Shown here piece after piece: positions 52,716 through 62,516 of a stretch of DNA of 64,000 bases. The notes below the pieces were generated by a model. It was not told the origin of the DNA. It worked only from the letters and a program-made list of their open reading frames with translations, and did no database searches. The stretch spans positions 1 to 64,000 of IMG/VR virus record IMGVR_UViG_3300007276_000043. One strand, 5' to 3'. Position 1 is the stretch's first letter. Each line of letters starts with the position of its first letter. This stretch comes from a virus. A program made the position numbers and the translations under genes.

Positions 52716-54563
52716 TTACACAGAGAAATCTTCTTCACTTTCTTCTTTTATCAAGTTAACTTTAACATTAAAATCTATAATTTTTCCGCTATCGTTTGAT
52801 CTCACTCTAAATTTAAACTTTCTTCCCCAAATTTTATGAGCCAATTCTTCAATCCCTTCTGTATTTCCAAGACTTGCTGATTGAAGTTGTTGTTTGAACG
52901 TTGGAATAAAACCATCATTGTTTCTAAAATTTTCAATATTAAAATAAATTTGTTGTTCTGCTGCCTGCAACTGCAATAGGCTCCTAAAATTCAAATTAGA
53001 AGAGTTTGGAATTAAATTCCTTTGTTCAGTAATTAGGATTGAGTTTACTAAAACTCTCGAATCATCAGCGTCTTTTAACAATTCAACTTCATATGCAGCA
53101 CTTGGGTTGGAATATGAACCAAATTCATTAATCGTTCTAAAAATATAATAATATTTTTTATTTGGACGTATGTTATCCAAAACAACCATATTTTCAGTCA
53201 TATCAAGATTTTGAAATGTACCTATTAGATTATCTGTGAAATCATCATATATCGTTGGTCTCGTAGAAGTTCTGTAAATCTGAAATCTTGCGGATTCTTT
53301 TCTATATTTAAACTGTACTTCTCCATTTGGCAAATTATAGTTTGGTCCAATTTTATTATTTAATATCGAAAATGAGGATAAATCAGCCTGTTCTTCGCCT
53401 TTTTGTAATTCTAAATAAATCTTAACTTTTCCTTCTGAGGACATTTTGTTGTGAAATGATACAAAAGGTGGTAATGGAGGTGCCGGTATGTTTATCAATG
53501 TATTTTCAAAAATAACTACATTATCTAATCTTATTTTAGGTCTAACATTGACCACACATTCGCCAGAGTCACCATTATCAACAACATCACTAAAGAAGTA
53601 TTCTTGTCCTATAACAGCATAATAAGCAGTAGCACGATAATAATATGTTTTATTTTCTTTAATCTGGGTATCGATGAAGAGCTTATTTTCTTGTGTTGCA
53701 GCCATAAAGAAAACCTGATCGGGTGTTCCAACCGCTGTTTCCGAAAACCACTTCTCTACTCTAAAGAAAAGATATTCATTTGCATTTTCATCACCTTTAA
53801 ATATATCAACATAGTCCATTGAGTTTTTTGAAATCGTTTTTCTTATTTGACCAAAGACTTCTTGTTGTATTATATCATATGAAAGATCAATAGGTTTATT
53901 TGATATTGGATAATATGCATCAACTGGGAAAGGGTAATTGAAATTGTCTATAAATGATTTCAACGTTAAATCTTCTTCATTTGTTAGTCTAGAAACAGAA
54001 TTTGAATAGTGTCCAAAAAGCACCATGAACCTTTCATATATGCTAAATCCATATCCCAATCTATCAGCTTCTTGAATGTGATTAGAGATTTGACCATCGG
54101 TTGGATAAGTCATATATAATATATTAGAGAACTGATATTTGCTAAAATCTGCTTCTGGGTTTCCTATTAATGGTGTATTGCTATTAAAAACAATATTTCT
54201 TTGATTGGTAGAGCCTTCTTCTCTGGTGTAAAATAAGGGCAATTCTATTTCATCTGCCGGGTTTGGAGTTGCTTCAAAAAATCTATTTGTTGTAAGTGAA
54301 TATGTCGGAGTTCCAGAAGGAGTTTCGGTATCAATTTCTTGAGGAGTAATTGGCTCCAATATACTTGAATTAAAATAAGTTATTATTTCACCAGGCAATA
54401 AATCTATTGCGTTTTGTTCTTCAGTTTTGGTAAACTTTATTTTTGTTGTCTTATGATAAACATCACCCATATCAGCCAAATTTAACTGCCCTATTTCAAG
54501 TATAGAGAGAGTCTCGTCCTTAAATGGATCAGTGCCTGGTTCATTTATAACAATCTTAGACAT
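52716..54563 (-). CDS. Putative virion protein with FN3-like motifs; start refined to MSKIVINE
   Basis: DTQIKENKTYYYRATA and DNIRPNKKYYYIFRTINEFG.YSNPS. Confidence 0.5.
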   Translation of the reverse strand: MSKIVINEPGTDPFKDETLSILEIGQLNLADMGDVYHKTTKIKFTKTEEQNAIDLLPGEIITYFNSSILEPITPQEIDTETPSGTPTYSLTTNRFFEATPNPADEIELPLFYTREEGSTNQRNIVFNSNTPLIGNPEADFSKYQFSNILYMTYPTDGQISNHIQEADRLGYGFSIYERFMVLFGHYSNSVSRLTNEEDLTLKSFIDNFNYPFPVDAYYPISNKPIDLSYDIIQQEVFGQIRKTISKNSMDYVDIFKGDENANEYLFFRVEKWFSETAVGTPDQVFFMAATQENKLFIDTQIKENKTYYYRATAYYAVIGQEYFFSDVVDNGDSGECVVNVRPKIRLDNVVIFENTLINIPAPPLPPFVSFHNKMSSEGKVKIYLELQKGEEQADLSSFSILNNKIGPNYNLPNGEVQFKYRKESARFQIYRTSTRPTIYDDFTDNLIGTFQNLDMTENMVVLDNIRPNKKYYYIFRTINEFGSYSNPSAAYEVELLKDADDSRVLVNSILITEQRNLIPNSSNLNFRSLLQLQAAEQQIYFNIENFRNNDGFIPTFKQQLQSASLGNTEGIEELAHKIWGRKFKFRVRSNDSGKIIDFNVKVNLIKEESEEDFSV

Positions 54564-54564
54564 A

Positions 54565-55557
54565 TCAATATCCCCCCGTTGTTGGAGTTGTAGTTGAGGC
54601 TGGGGCGGTAGCAACAGGGCTGCCTACGGTACCACCGCTGCTGTCGCTTGGTGCTGTAAATCCGCCGCTTCCATCATTCGGTCTTGTATAGCCAGCAGTT
54701 CCAGTTTGAGCAACAATATTGGAAGTTGATCCAATCACATCATAATCTTTAGAAATATAGTGCTGAACTGATATGTTCTTTATTTCCCTTTCTTGATTGC
54801 TTGGTCTTACAGTTTGTGTAATGGAATTTTCTGGCTGTATGAAAAAATATTGCCCTTCAATTGGAAAAGATAGCAAGTCTCTTTTTATTTTTAAATTATT
54901 GTTATAATATCTCTTTAACCTGCAAAGTGTTGTCGTGGTTAAAGAATCAATATCACCTTTTTTTAAAAGTTTAAATTTTGGCTTATTAATCATAATTTCA
55001 CCTTCTTTGGACATTTCATATCCGTCAAACATTTCAACTTGGACCAACTTAAAATGATTTACATTCATTGCGGCTTGGGTTTTTAAGTTCTTAATTAAAT
55101 CTCCAGTGGGGTTGCCTTTCAGTTTTTTGACAAATTCTAATTGATATAAAAATAATGCTTTTATCTGATTTGGTAACTCGGCTAAAAATTCAGTGAATTC
55201 TCTTTTTGTTAAATTTTCATTTGCTAATGCAATAAAATTTTTCTCAAATTCTAAGTTATAGTCTCTTCCTTTTGAAATATTTATATCAGGTGGAGTGTTA
55301 AAGTTTTCAGCCACTTCGGGGGATACCTCAGTAGTAGAGGTATCAAATGCTTCATTTTCATCACTAATAAAAGAGTATCTTACAAATAATGAATTATCTC
55401 CCAAGAACTCACTGGATTCAATAAAGTCTTCAAACTGACTCACAGACACAGTTTTCGTGCTGACTGCTTCTATTGCTTTGAAATTTTCACTATTTTGTGT
55501 TATCTCAGAAACAACCAATTTTTCTTGCGGAGTTGATGATGGACTTTTAGCTGGCAT
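54565..55557 (-). CDS. Hypothetical virion-module protein with S/T/G-rich tail ending GGY
   Basis: Long ORF in the structural cluster. Confidence 0.55.
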   Translation of the reverse strand: MPAKSPSSTPQEKLVVSEITQNSENFKAIEAVSTKTVSVSQFEDFIESSEFLGDNSLFVRYSFISDENEAFDTSTTEVSPEVAENFNTPPDINISKGRDYNLEFEKNFIALANENLTKREFTEFLAELPNQIKALFLYQLEFVKKLKGNPTGDLIKNLKTQAAMNVNHFKLVQVEMFDGYEMSKEGEIMINKPKFKLLKKGDIDSLTTTTLCRLKRYYNNNLKIKRDLLSFPIEGQYFFIQPENSITQTVRPSNQEREIKNISVQHYISKDYDVIGSTSNIVAQTGTAGYTRPNDGSGGFTAPSDSSGGTVGSPVATAPASTTTPTTGGY

Positions 55558-57553
55558 TTGACTTCTCCTTTTTTATTTCAGAATTTGGCTTGCTCATTTC
55601 TTCAGTAACATTTTTCAAATCTGCTGGTTTTTGTCTTCCAACTTTAAAAACATTTGTATCAAATGTCGGATTAAATATCTTATTTACTTCTTCTAATTTG
55701 ATTGTTGATATATCTTTTAAATTAGTTGATAAATCTTTACCAAAAACCATTAAGTTTGGGCTTAAAAAAGAATATAAATTTTCCTGTAGGTCTAAAAGTT
55801 TTTCGTAACTCTTTGGGACCAACTCAGTATCCTTGTCGCTTGGAGAGGAATTGAAAAATTTATTAAATTCGTTATTTGCACGATTTTCAAATTGACTACT
55901 CTGTAGTATGGCTGCGCCTTCACCAGTATTCATATTCATATAGTTATAAGACATTGAATAATTTTTTAAAACAACCGCCTCTTTGAAAAGATAATCTAAA
56001 AATATAACGTTTCTACTGTTTGGTGTATTAACAAACGCCCTTAGCGAGTCTGCCTGTGTATTGTTGTTGGACAAATCAAATGAACTTTCAAAATCTCTTG
56101 CTAATTTAGATAAATCCTCGCTAAAACCTCTCAAAGAAAAAAGAGTTGCATTTCTAGGGTCAACTTTTGTAGATATAGAGTTGGTTAAATCCCGTTTGTT
56201 CTTATTTGATAATTCATATAAATATGAAAAAGCACGAACATAAACTTCATTAGCAGTGGACCAAGAGGGGCTATCTGGGTCGCTTATATTAAAATCGTTA
56301 AATTGTGATTCATATAATCTTGATTTTGTACGATTCAAATCAAAATCATAGTTTTTACTTCTCTCAACCATTGTATAATAATCGCTTATTTCTTTCTCCG
56401 AGATTCTCAAATCGTCTATGATGTTTGAAACAAAATCAACCGTAGGATCTTTGAAAGTTAAACCTAAACGATATTGATAGCGACCCAAAGAAGTTTTGTC
56501 TACTGTTTTATCTGTAAATTGAAACATTCTTATATCATTTTGTCCAGTATTTATTTCACTAATCAATCCAAAATCCTCTTCTACAGAATCTATTTGAAAG
56601 CCCTGACCTGATGAGAATGTCTTAACTATAATGGCAGTTTCATCGACATCCATTCGTTTTCTTGTAATTTGTAGATTTTTTATTTTAATATTGTTGATAT
56701 TTTCTGAGATTGCTTGTTGGCTCAATGTTCTTAAAAAATATCCATATTTTGTATTATAAAGAACCAAATTCTTAAAGTTTATTGAAAAAATACCAGTTAC
56801 ATTTCCTTCATTATTGATAGAGTATTTTAAATCACTAAACGAGGAAACCTGTTTTTCTCCGATTGCTTTTGGCGAATCAAATTGTTTTTTTCTGAAATCT
56901 TTAATTTTAAAATTGATAATATCCAAGGTCGTAAGTAAACTATGTTCTTCCTCAATATGCCTTGGTCCAACCATATATCCTTTCTCTGGGTGTAAGTGCA
57001 CTGGGCCGCTGTATTGTTCTCCAGTTGGTAACACAAAAACAGTCGCTGTGGATACAGCACTTCCCAAATCAATAACCGAATCAGAAGCAATGTTTCCATA
57101 ACGGCGAACAGCACCTGAGAAGTCTAAATTTGCTGCTTGTAAAATTTCGGACATTTCAAAATAAACAGAACAAAATACTTTAACTTGTTGTTCTTGATTA
57201 TTAAATTTTACATCATAAGAGTCTATAAATCTAACATTGTCTTCGGAATTTACTTGATTAAGGGACTTTGCCGGTCTGGAAATGATTTTAACCGATTCGT
57301 CTTCACCATAGTTTGAAATTAAAAAGTCTTTATCAAATTGAATTTGACCTAAAGTAATATTATCGTTCAAGCCAACATTTGAAGATATAACCATAAGAAC
57401 TCTCATGTGTTGTGAGGTCTCTGGTGTAGACCAACTATTGTTATCTTTTGAGTCACCGATTACTGTTGTGACCTTTATGCTCATTTCTTCATTAGAGGCA
57501 TCGAATAAATCTATTTCTTTTATAAAAATATTTGGTATTTGTCCTTTGCTCAT
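55547..57553 (-). CDS. Hypothetical virion-module protein with His-rich motif; start refined to MSKGQIPN
   Basis: TAATG overlap at 57553; YSGPVHLHPEKGYMVGPRHIEEEH. Confidence 0.55.
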   Translation of the reverse strand: MSKGQIPNIFIKEIDLFDASNEEMSIKVTTVIGDSKDNNSWSTPETSQHMRVLMVISSNVGLNDNITLGQIQFDKDFLISNYGEDESVKIISRPAKSLNQVNSEDNVRFIDSYDVKFNNQEQQVKVFCSVYFEMSEILQAANLDFSGAVRRYGNIASDSVIDLGSAVSTATVFVLPTGEQYSGPVHLHPEKGYMVGPRHIEEEHSLLTTLDIINFKIKDFRKKQFDSPKAIGEKQVSSFSDLKYSINNEGNVTGIFSINFKNLVLYNTKYGYFLRTLSQQAISENINNIKIKNLQITRKRMDVDETAIIVKTFSSGQGFQIDSVEEDFGLISEINTGQNDIRMFQFTDKTVDKTSLGRYQYRLGLTFKDPTVDFVSNIIDDLRISEKEISDYYTMVERSKNYDFDLNRTKSRLYESQFNDFNISDPDSPSWSTANEVYVRAFSYLYELSNKNKRDLTNSISTKVDPRNATLFSLRGFSEDLSKLARDFESSFDLSNNNTQADSLRAFVNTPNSRNVIFLDYLFKEAVVLKNYSMSYNYMNMNTGEGAAILQSSQFENRANNEFNKFFNSSPSDKDTELVPKSYEKLLDLQENLYSFLSPNLMVFGKDLSTNLKDISTIKLEEVNKIFNPTFDTNVFKVGRQKPADLKNVTEEMSKPNSEIKKEKSNAS

Positions 57554-58485
57554 TATTCGCAATCCTCGATGTCTTCATCAGTAACTAATGTTTGATATAT
57601 ATTTACTTCGCCGTCTTGTATGTCTTCACATTTTATATCCAATCCTAAGTAAATATTTTTTTCTTTAAGTTTTGATATACCCTGGCATAAATCAGAATTA
57701 GGTATTTCTCTATCTCTTGATATATTGAAATAGTTTTCAACACTATTTTCGTCAACTATGAGACCCATGACGGTTGATTCTGCGGAAAAAGGCGACTCTT
57801 CTTTTAAAATATCAATGTCTTTTTCTTGATTATCTAATGCAAAAATAAGTTTATCAAAAGTGACTTCATCATAATCATATTTAAACACTTCTATTGAAAG
57901 AGAATCTTTATAAGAGAATCCATTTTTCTCCAATAGGTGCAATAATAATTGCTCTTTTTCTAATTTTAAAAATGTATCGTCTTCTGCGACTTCTGAGGAT
58001 TCATAATCCATACTAATATATGCATCTCTGCTTAAATGTGCCAAAGACATAGTGAAATTCAACTCACACTCTACTTGAGGGACATTATAAAGGGGACTTG
58101 TTGAAGAAGAAATATAACTATTTGAAGAACTAAATTCTCCCAAAAGTGCGGTTGCTTCCCAACCATTCGCTTTTTTAGAAGAAGGCTTATTGGTTCCAAT
58201 AGGATATATTAAAATATTATCGTCTTCTGTTGTGTTTTGGTCGTAATATTTGCTTTCAACACCTGTTAAAGTTGTCTGTGGTTTTAGGCTTGGTGTATCA
58301 GTTAAAATTCTAACTTTTGTTTGTGTATTATTCTCGGAAAATCCACCGGCTTGAGTATCATATAAAATGTCATCATCAAAAAAAGCATAATATTCAGGCT
58401 TGAGTTCACCCTTCATTAAAAGTTGTCTTCCGTGCGGAGTCAACTCAATCTTTATTACGTCTTCTTTTTTATTGAAAAATGTCAT
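57553..58485 (-). CDS. Putative structural protein, N-terminus paralogous to 51732..52673
   Basis: VIKIELTPHGRQLL...YYAFFDDDILY versus IILDAVLTDHGRKVL...KFALGDEEINY. Confidence 0.55.
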   Translation of the reverse strand: MTFFNKKEDVIKIELTPHGRQLLMKGELKPEYYAFFDDDILYDTQAGGFSENNTQTKVRILTDTPSLKPQTTLTGVESKYYDQNTTEDDNILIYPIGTNKPSSKKANGWEATALLGEFSSSNSYISSSTSPLYNVPQVECELNFTMSLAHLSRDAYISMDYESSEVAEDDTFLKLEKEQLLLHLLEKNGFSYKDSLSIEVFKYDYDEVTFDKLIFALDNQEKDIDILKEESPFSAESTVMGLIVDENSVENYFNISRDREIPNSDLCQGISKLKEKNIYLGLDIKCEDIQDGEVNIYQTLVTDEDIEDCE

Positions 58486-58501
58486 TGTTTATTCCTCATT
58501 A

Positions 58502-61500
58502 TCAAGATCCACTCTTTATACAATCACTTAATTGCTGTCGATGCAAATCACTCATATTACTACGACCAATAACATCCCTTAATGCTCTCAATTCACTACA
58601 TAAGAGCCCCAATTGATCTGGTGAAATAGCAACTTGGCTGTAAGGGTCGCTTGGGTTTGCTGAAATACCAGCACTTCCGAGTGTCCCGGCACCTGTAGCA
58701 CCAACGCCAATTGCTGTACCCGCAGGGGCACCAGTCGGACCAGTGGCTATCGCGGCGAGACCTGCTTTGCCGGGAACGCCAGCACTAACAGACGATTGTG
58801 CTTCTTCTGTTAGAGCCTCAGAAACAGGAACAGCGGCTTCTGCTATTTTACCCTGTGGTTTGACTAATGTTTTGAGACCACCTGGTTCAAATTGTCCGAT
58901 GGCAACTTCAGCATCAAGTTTTGCCAATTCCACAAGAGAAAAGAAATCATATGGCCAATTAAAAGTGTTTCTTGGAACTTCTTGAAGTTTATCGCCTTCT
59001 GTTCCTACTACAGATCTCCAATAATTGGTAGTTGCTCTTTGTTTTACCTTGAAAACCATCCAACGAATTTTTGATGGTAACGGTGTTCCTTTATCGCTAG
59101 TATCCAATACTTTGCCACCAGGTTGTTGGAGGACCGTTGCTCCGCCGCCAAGAAGTTCTTGTGCTAACAATGGATGAGAAATTTCAGATCTGACTGCTTC
59201 AAATTTTGAAGTTATACTTGGATAAAGCCCTTGCCATATGTCTGCGAGGTCTTGTTTTGATAGTGTTTGTGAGAACTCAAATATATACATCGCGAAGGGC
59301 TCAATTGATTCCGTGGCTAAAAAGTCCATACTCGGTGGAAATACATAATCTCGCATTTTATTAACCATATTTGTAACAGAATCACCTGTGCCGTTGTTGG
59401 ATAAAATAGCATTTGTTATGTCTTTGCGAGGTATGTGGAAATATTTTCTAAGTCCCTCCGCTTCAATGAATGGAACCGCGACCACCGCTTCTTTAATAAC
59501 TTTTTCATTGGCGACTTCTCCCATTCTCTTTGGTTTTGTTGAGAAGTCAAGTTGGTCTGCTAATGACCGAATATTTCCAGTGTCTTTTTCAAGTATATTA
59601 GTTAACCAGTTTGAATCAATATCCTCAATCTGTAAAAAGACACCTTTTGCTTGGTCTTCTTCTATTCTTCCATACTGATGCCACATTCCTCTTGGAACCG
59701 ACTGGGAGGCGTTAAGAGGAAGTGTGACCGAAGTTTTTGAAGACAAGTGGGCAAAGTTTAACATTGGGGACTCCCACTTACTTTGAATAACTAAGCGAGC
59801 AGTCTCTTCGTTAAGGTCTCCAGATTGATCTCTTTCAATAGAAAGAAGGTTAACGGAGGCACTCAATTGCAAAGCATTAGCATTATATGCGTAGTTTTGA
59901 GCATAAGCAGACTCTATCTTTTTCGGACTACCAGCAGGAATATCAAAAATATCTTCGCCTGTATCTGTATTTGGATCAACATATCTATAATACGTTATGG
60001 AGGCAGATCTTTGAATATCTTTGGCGGTATAAATTCCGTCTTCTGTTGGCGTAAATTTAATATCAGCCCAAGCTTGTCCGTGATAATAAGGAGGAGTAAA
60101 AGGGTAATTTTCCCCTTTACTGGATTTATTACCTATTTGAGTCTCGCTGGCGAAGACAACACTTCCACCTGTATATCCGACCCCTTGTGCTTCAATTAAC
60201 GAAGGAGGACCAAATGCTGTTGGTCTTGAATACATTGTAAAATTCTCTGTAGAGTCAGCAGAATATTGCGGGGCGGTAAAATATTTAGACCCAACACCAC
60301 CAGAGACATTAGATATTTGAGCATCAGAAGTGGTTTTATACATCTTTACTCGCATCATATAATCTTTGCCTGCTTCAAACTGTTTTAATTCATTTGACGG
60401 CTTAGAGAAAAATGTAGTATAATTCTTATTTTGTAAGAAAAAGTTTGATGTCTCTGATAAAAAATTATGAGTCATCAAGGTGTATAGTCTGTCTCCAGCA
60501 ACAGAATTTAATGTTGCTGAGGAAGAGTGGTTAGCAATAATATCTGGTTCGTTACAAAACAATTCAACACCCTGTAAGGTCTCTGGTTTTATGATTGCTT
60601 CAAATGGTATTCGTTTATCAAATATTAGACCCTCTCCATTATTTATTGAGTATCTATTCTCGTTGCTAGCCAGAGAACCACTATAAGAACAATAGTAGTC
60701 GCTACCAGAAACAAATACTCTTTTGTTTGCTGATCCTGATTCTTTCAATGACCCATTGATTAAAGGATAGTCAACTGCCACACCAGATTTGATTGAATTA
60801 TACATAATCCCTGGGGCAAATAAAGGTGCAAGAATGTTTTGGAAAGTAATTTTTGCTGGTCCACCGGCAAAACCTCCTGTTCCTGATCCTGATGCTGCTA
60901 AAGAAGCACTATAAGAAGTAAAAAACTGCTGGGCTATTTGCACTGTTCTCTGTTGTGGGTAAAAACCCTCATAAGGAAGTAACTTTTTAATTGCTTTGCA
61001 TTTTAAAGTTATTTTTAATGGCTCTCCCATACTTTCGTTGTCGTTTAGAACCATTTCAAAGTTTTTCATAAAATCAGAATTTGAATAAATTTGATAAAAA
61101 TTGTCTTCGTTGGAGCCAGTTGTGCTTGATAGACCTCCGTTCAATTCAAAAATATTTAAATTTTCATCAATCGGAGACTTTGTTTCATAAAAAGAAACAT
61201 GATTTGATATTCTAAATTCTGGTATGATTGTATGGTCTTTTCCAAGCTGTCTTGGTCCTTGTATGAAATCTCCATAAGAATCATAAAATGGGTTTTTACC
61301 TGATTGTGATCCTGCTTCCCATTTTGCCTCTCCGGAAGGGACGGAATAATCTGCATCCAGATCGCTAAACAAAGATCCGCTATTGACGCCTTCAACTTCC
61401 ATTCCATTTATATTGACTGCGGAAGAGAGTGGAGTGATTGTGTGTTTTCTATTATAAATTGGAGCAGGTCTTAAATAAAGATCTAAAAAGTTAAATGCCG

Positions 61501-62515
61501 TAGAAGAAGAAAGGGCTCCAGCACCATAGGAATATTGGTTTTGTAAAATACCATAATCTGTTTTACCTGGGTTTATTATATCGAGAACATTTTTGTCCCA
61601 ACCATACCACTTAGACGCTCTTTCGTTTGTAGTGTCAATCGCTTGAGTGTTCCAATTTCTATAGGCATCCATAGTCCAAACACTTTGAGACACTTCTGCT
61701 CCAAAGCCATTATCAACTTGATCAATTGGGGTCCTGTTTGATCTATTATCTCGCCAAGGAAATGTGAATGTTGTTCTTTGTCTCACATAATTCTTATATG
61801 TGTGAAGCTGTGGGGGATAAACTGTTTCTCCGTAAGTCATAATCTCAAAGATATCAAGAGGGCTTTTCCCTCCAAGCAGGGCTCCATTTAAATAAAGTTC
61901 TTTTGCATCTTCATACAAGTCTGGGGTTATATTGACTAAACCCAATTCTTCGTTTAATTGTGCATTATTAAATTGAGAAATTGCATTTCCGAGTGGGGCT
62001 GCTATGCTTACTCTTTTTGTCCCTTTTTCTGTGATTGTAGAGCCATAAACAACAACAGGTTTAAACTTTGAAAGCACAGGAGTTTCAGAAAATTTTAAAA
62101 TAGGACCATATTTTGCTTTCTGTGATCTTGTTTTGCTGTTTCTTGTAAAAGTAAATTCTGGTCCTGGTTCTTGGACAATTGTTAAGATATTTTCTTTGAC
62201 TTGTCTACGAGTAAGTGGATTTTGACCAACTCTTATTTGTCTCCAGGTTGGAAAACCATATGGTCCATTTCTATGAAGCATAAGAGCGGGGAAGAATGAT
62301 GCTGTTGTTGGTAAATGATGTGAAAAAATAAAATTTTTATAATTTGATAAAACAGCATTAGATTCTAGTGTCTCTGGTATGCCGATTATATTTTGCTCTT
62401 TATCAATAGAAGCACCACTTGTGAGTGTTTCGGATAGATCTTCAACTATATCCCAACCCACGGGTTCATATATAAATGTATTTAATCCGACAAAATCTTG
62501 ATAATATTTAGCCAT
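58502..62515 (-). CDS. Large putative virion structural protein (1337 aa)
   Basis: SGS/SAS-rich; C-terminal IRWMVFKVKQRA...FNWPYDFFSLVELAK, then a low-complexity tail. Confidence 0.6.
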   Translation of the reverse strand: MAKYYQDFVGLNTFIYEPVGWDIVEDLSETLTSGASIDKEQNIIGIPETLESNAVLSNYKNFIFSHHLPTTASFFPALMLHRNGPYGFPTWRQIRVGQNPLTRRQVKENILTIVQEPGPEFTFTRNSKTRSQKAKYGPILKFSETPVLSKFKPVVVYGSTITEKGTKRVSIAAPLGNAISQFNNAQLNEELGLVNITPDLYEDAKELYLNGALLGGKSPLDIFEIMTYGETVYPPQLHTYKNYVRQRTTFTFPWRDNRSNRTPIDQVDNGFGAEVSQSVWTMDAYRNWNTQAIDTTNERASKWYGWDKNVLDIINPGKTDYGILQNQYSYGAGALSSSTAFNFLDLYLRPAPIYNRKHTITPLSSAVNINGMEVEGVNSGSLFSDLDADYSVPSGEAKWEAGSQSGKNPFYDSYGDFIQGPRQLGKDHTIIPEFRISNHVSFYETKSPIDENLNIFELNGGLSSTTGSNEDNFYQIYSNSDFMKNFEMVLNDNESMGEPLKITLKCKAIKKLLPYEGFYPQQRTVQIAQQFFTSYSASLAASGSGTGGFAGGPAKITFQNILAPLFAPGIMYNSIKSGVAVDYPLINGSLKESGSANKRVFVSGSDYYCSYSGSLASNENRYSINNGEGLIFDKRIPFEAIIKPETLQGVELFCNEPDIIANHSSSATLNSVAGDRLYTLMTHNFLSETSNFFLQNKNYTTFFSKPSNELKQFEAGKDYMMRVKMYKTTSDAQISNVSGGVGSKYFTAPQYSADSTENFTMYSRPTAFGPPSLIEAQGVGYTGGSVVFASETQIGNKSSKGENYPFTPPYYHGQAWADIKFTPTEDGIYTAKDIQRSASITYYRYVDPNTDTGEDIFDIPAGSPKKIESAYAQNYAYNANALQLSASVNLLSIERDQSGDLNEETARLVIQSKWESPMLNFAHLSSKTSVTLPLNASQSVPRGMWHQYGRIEEDQAKGVFLQIEDIDSNWLTNILEKDTGNIRSLADQLDFSTKPKRMGEVANEKVIKEAVVAVPFIEAEGLRKYFHIPRKDITNAILSNNGTGDSVTNMVNKMRDYVFPPSMDFLATESIEPFAMYIFEFSQTLSKQDLADIWQGLYPSITSKFEAVRSEISHPLLAQELLGGGATVLQQPGGKVLDTSDKGTPLPSKIRWMVFKVKQRATTNYWRSVVGTEGDKLQEVPRNTFNWPYDFFSLVELAKLDAEVAIGQFEPGGLKTLVKPQGKIAEAAVPVSEALTEEAQSSVSAGVPGKAGLAAIATGPTGAPAGTAIGVGATGAGTLGSAGISANPSDPYSQVAISPDQLGLLCSELRALRDVIGRSNMSDLHRQQLSDCIKSGS

Positions 62516-62516
62516 T

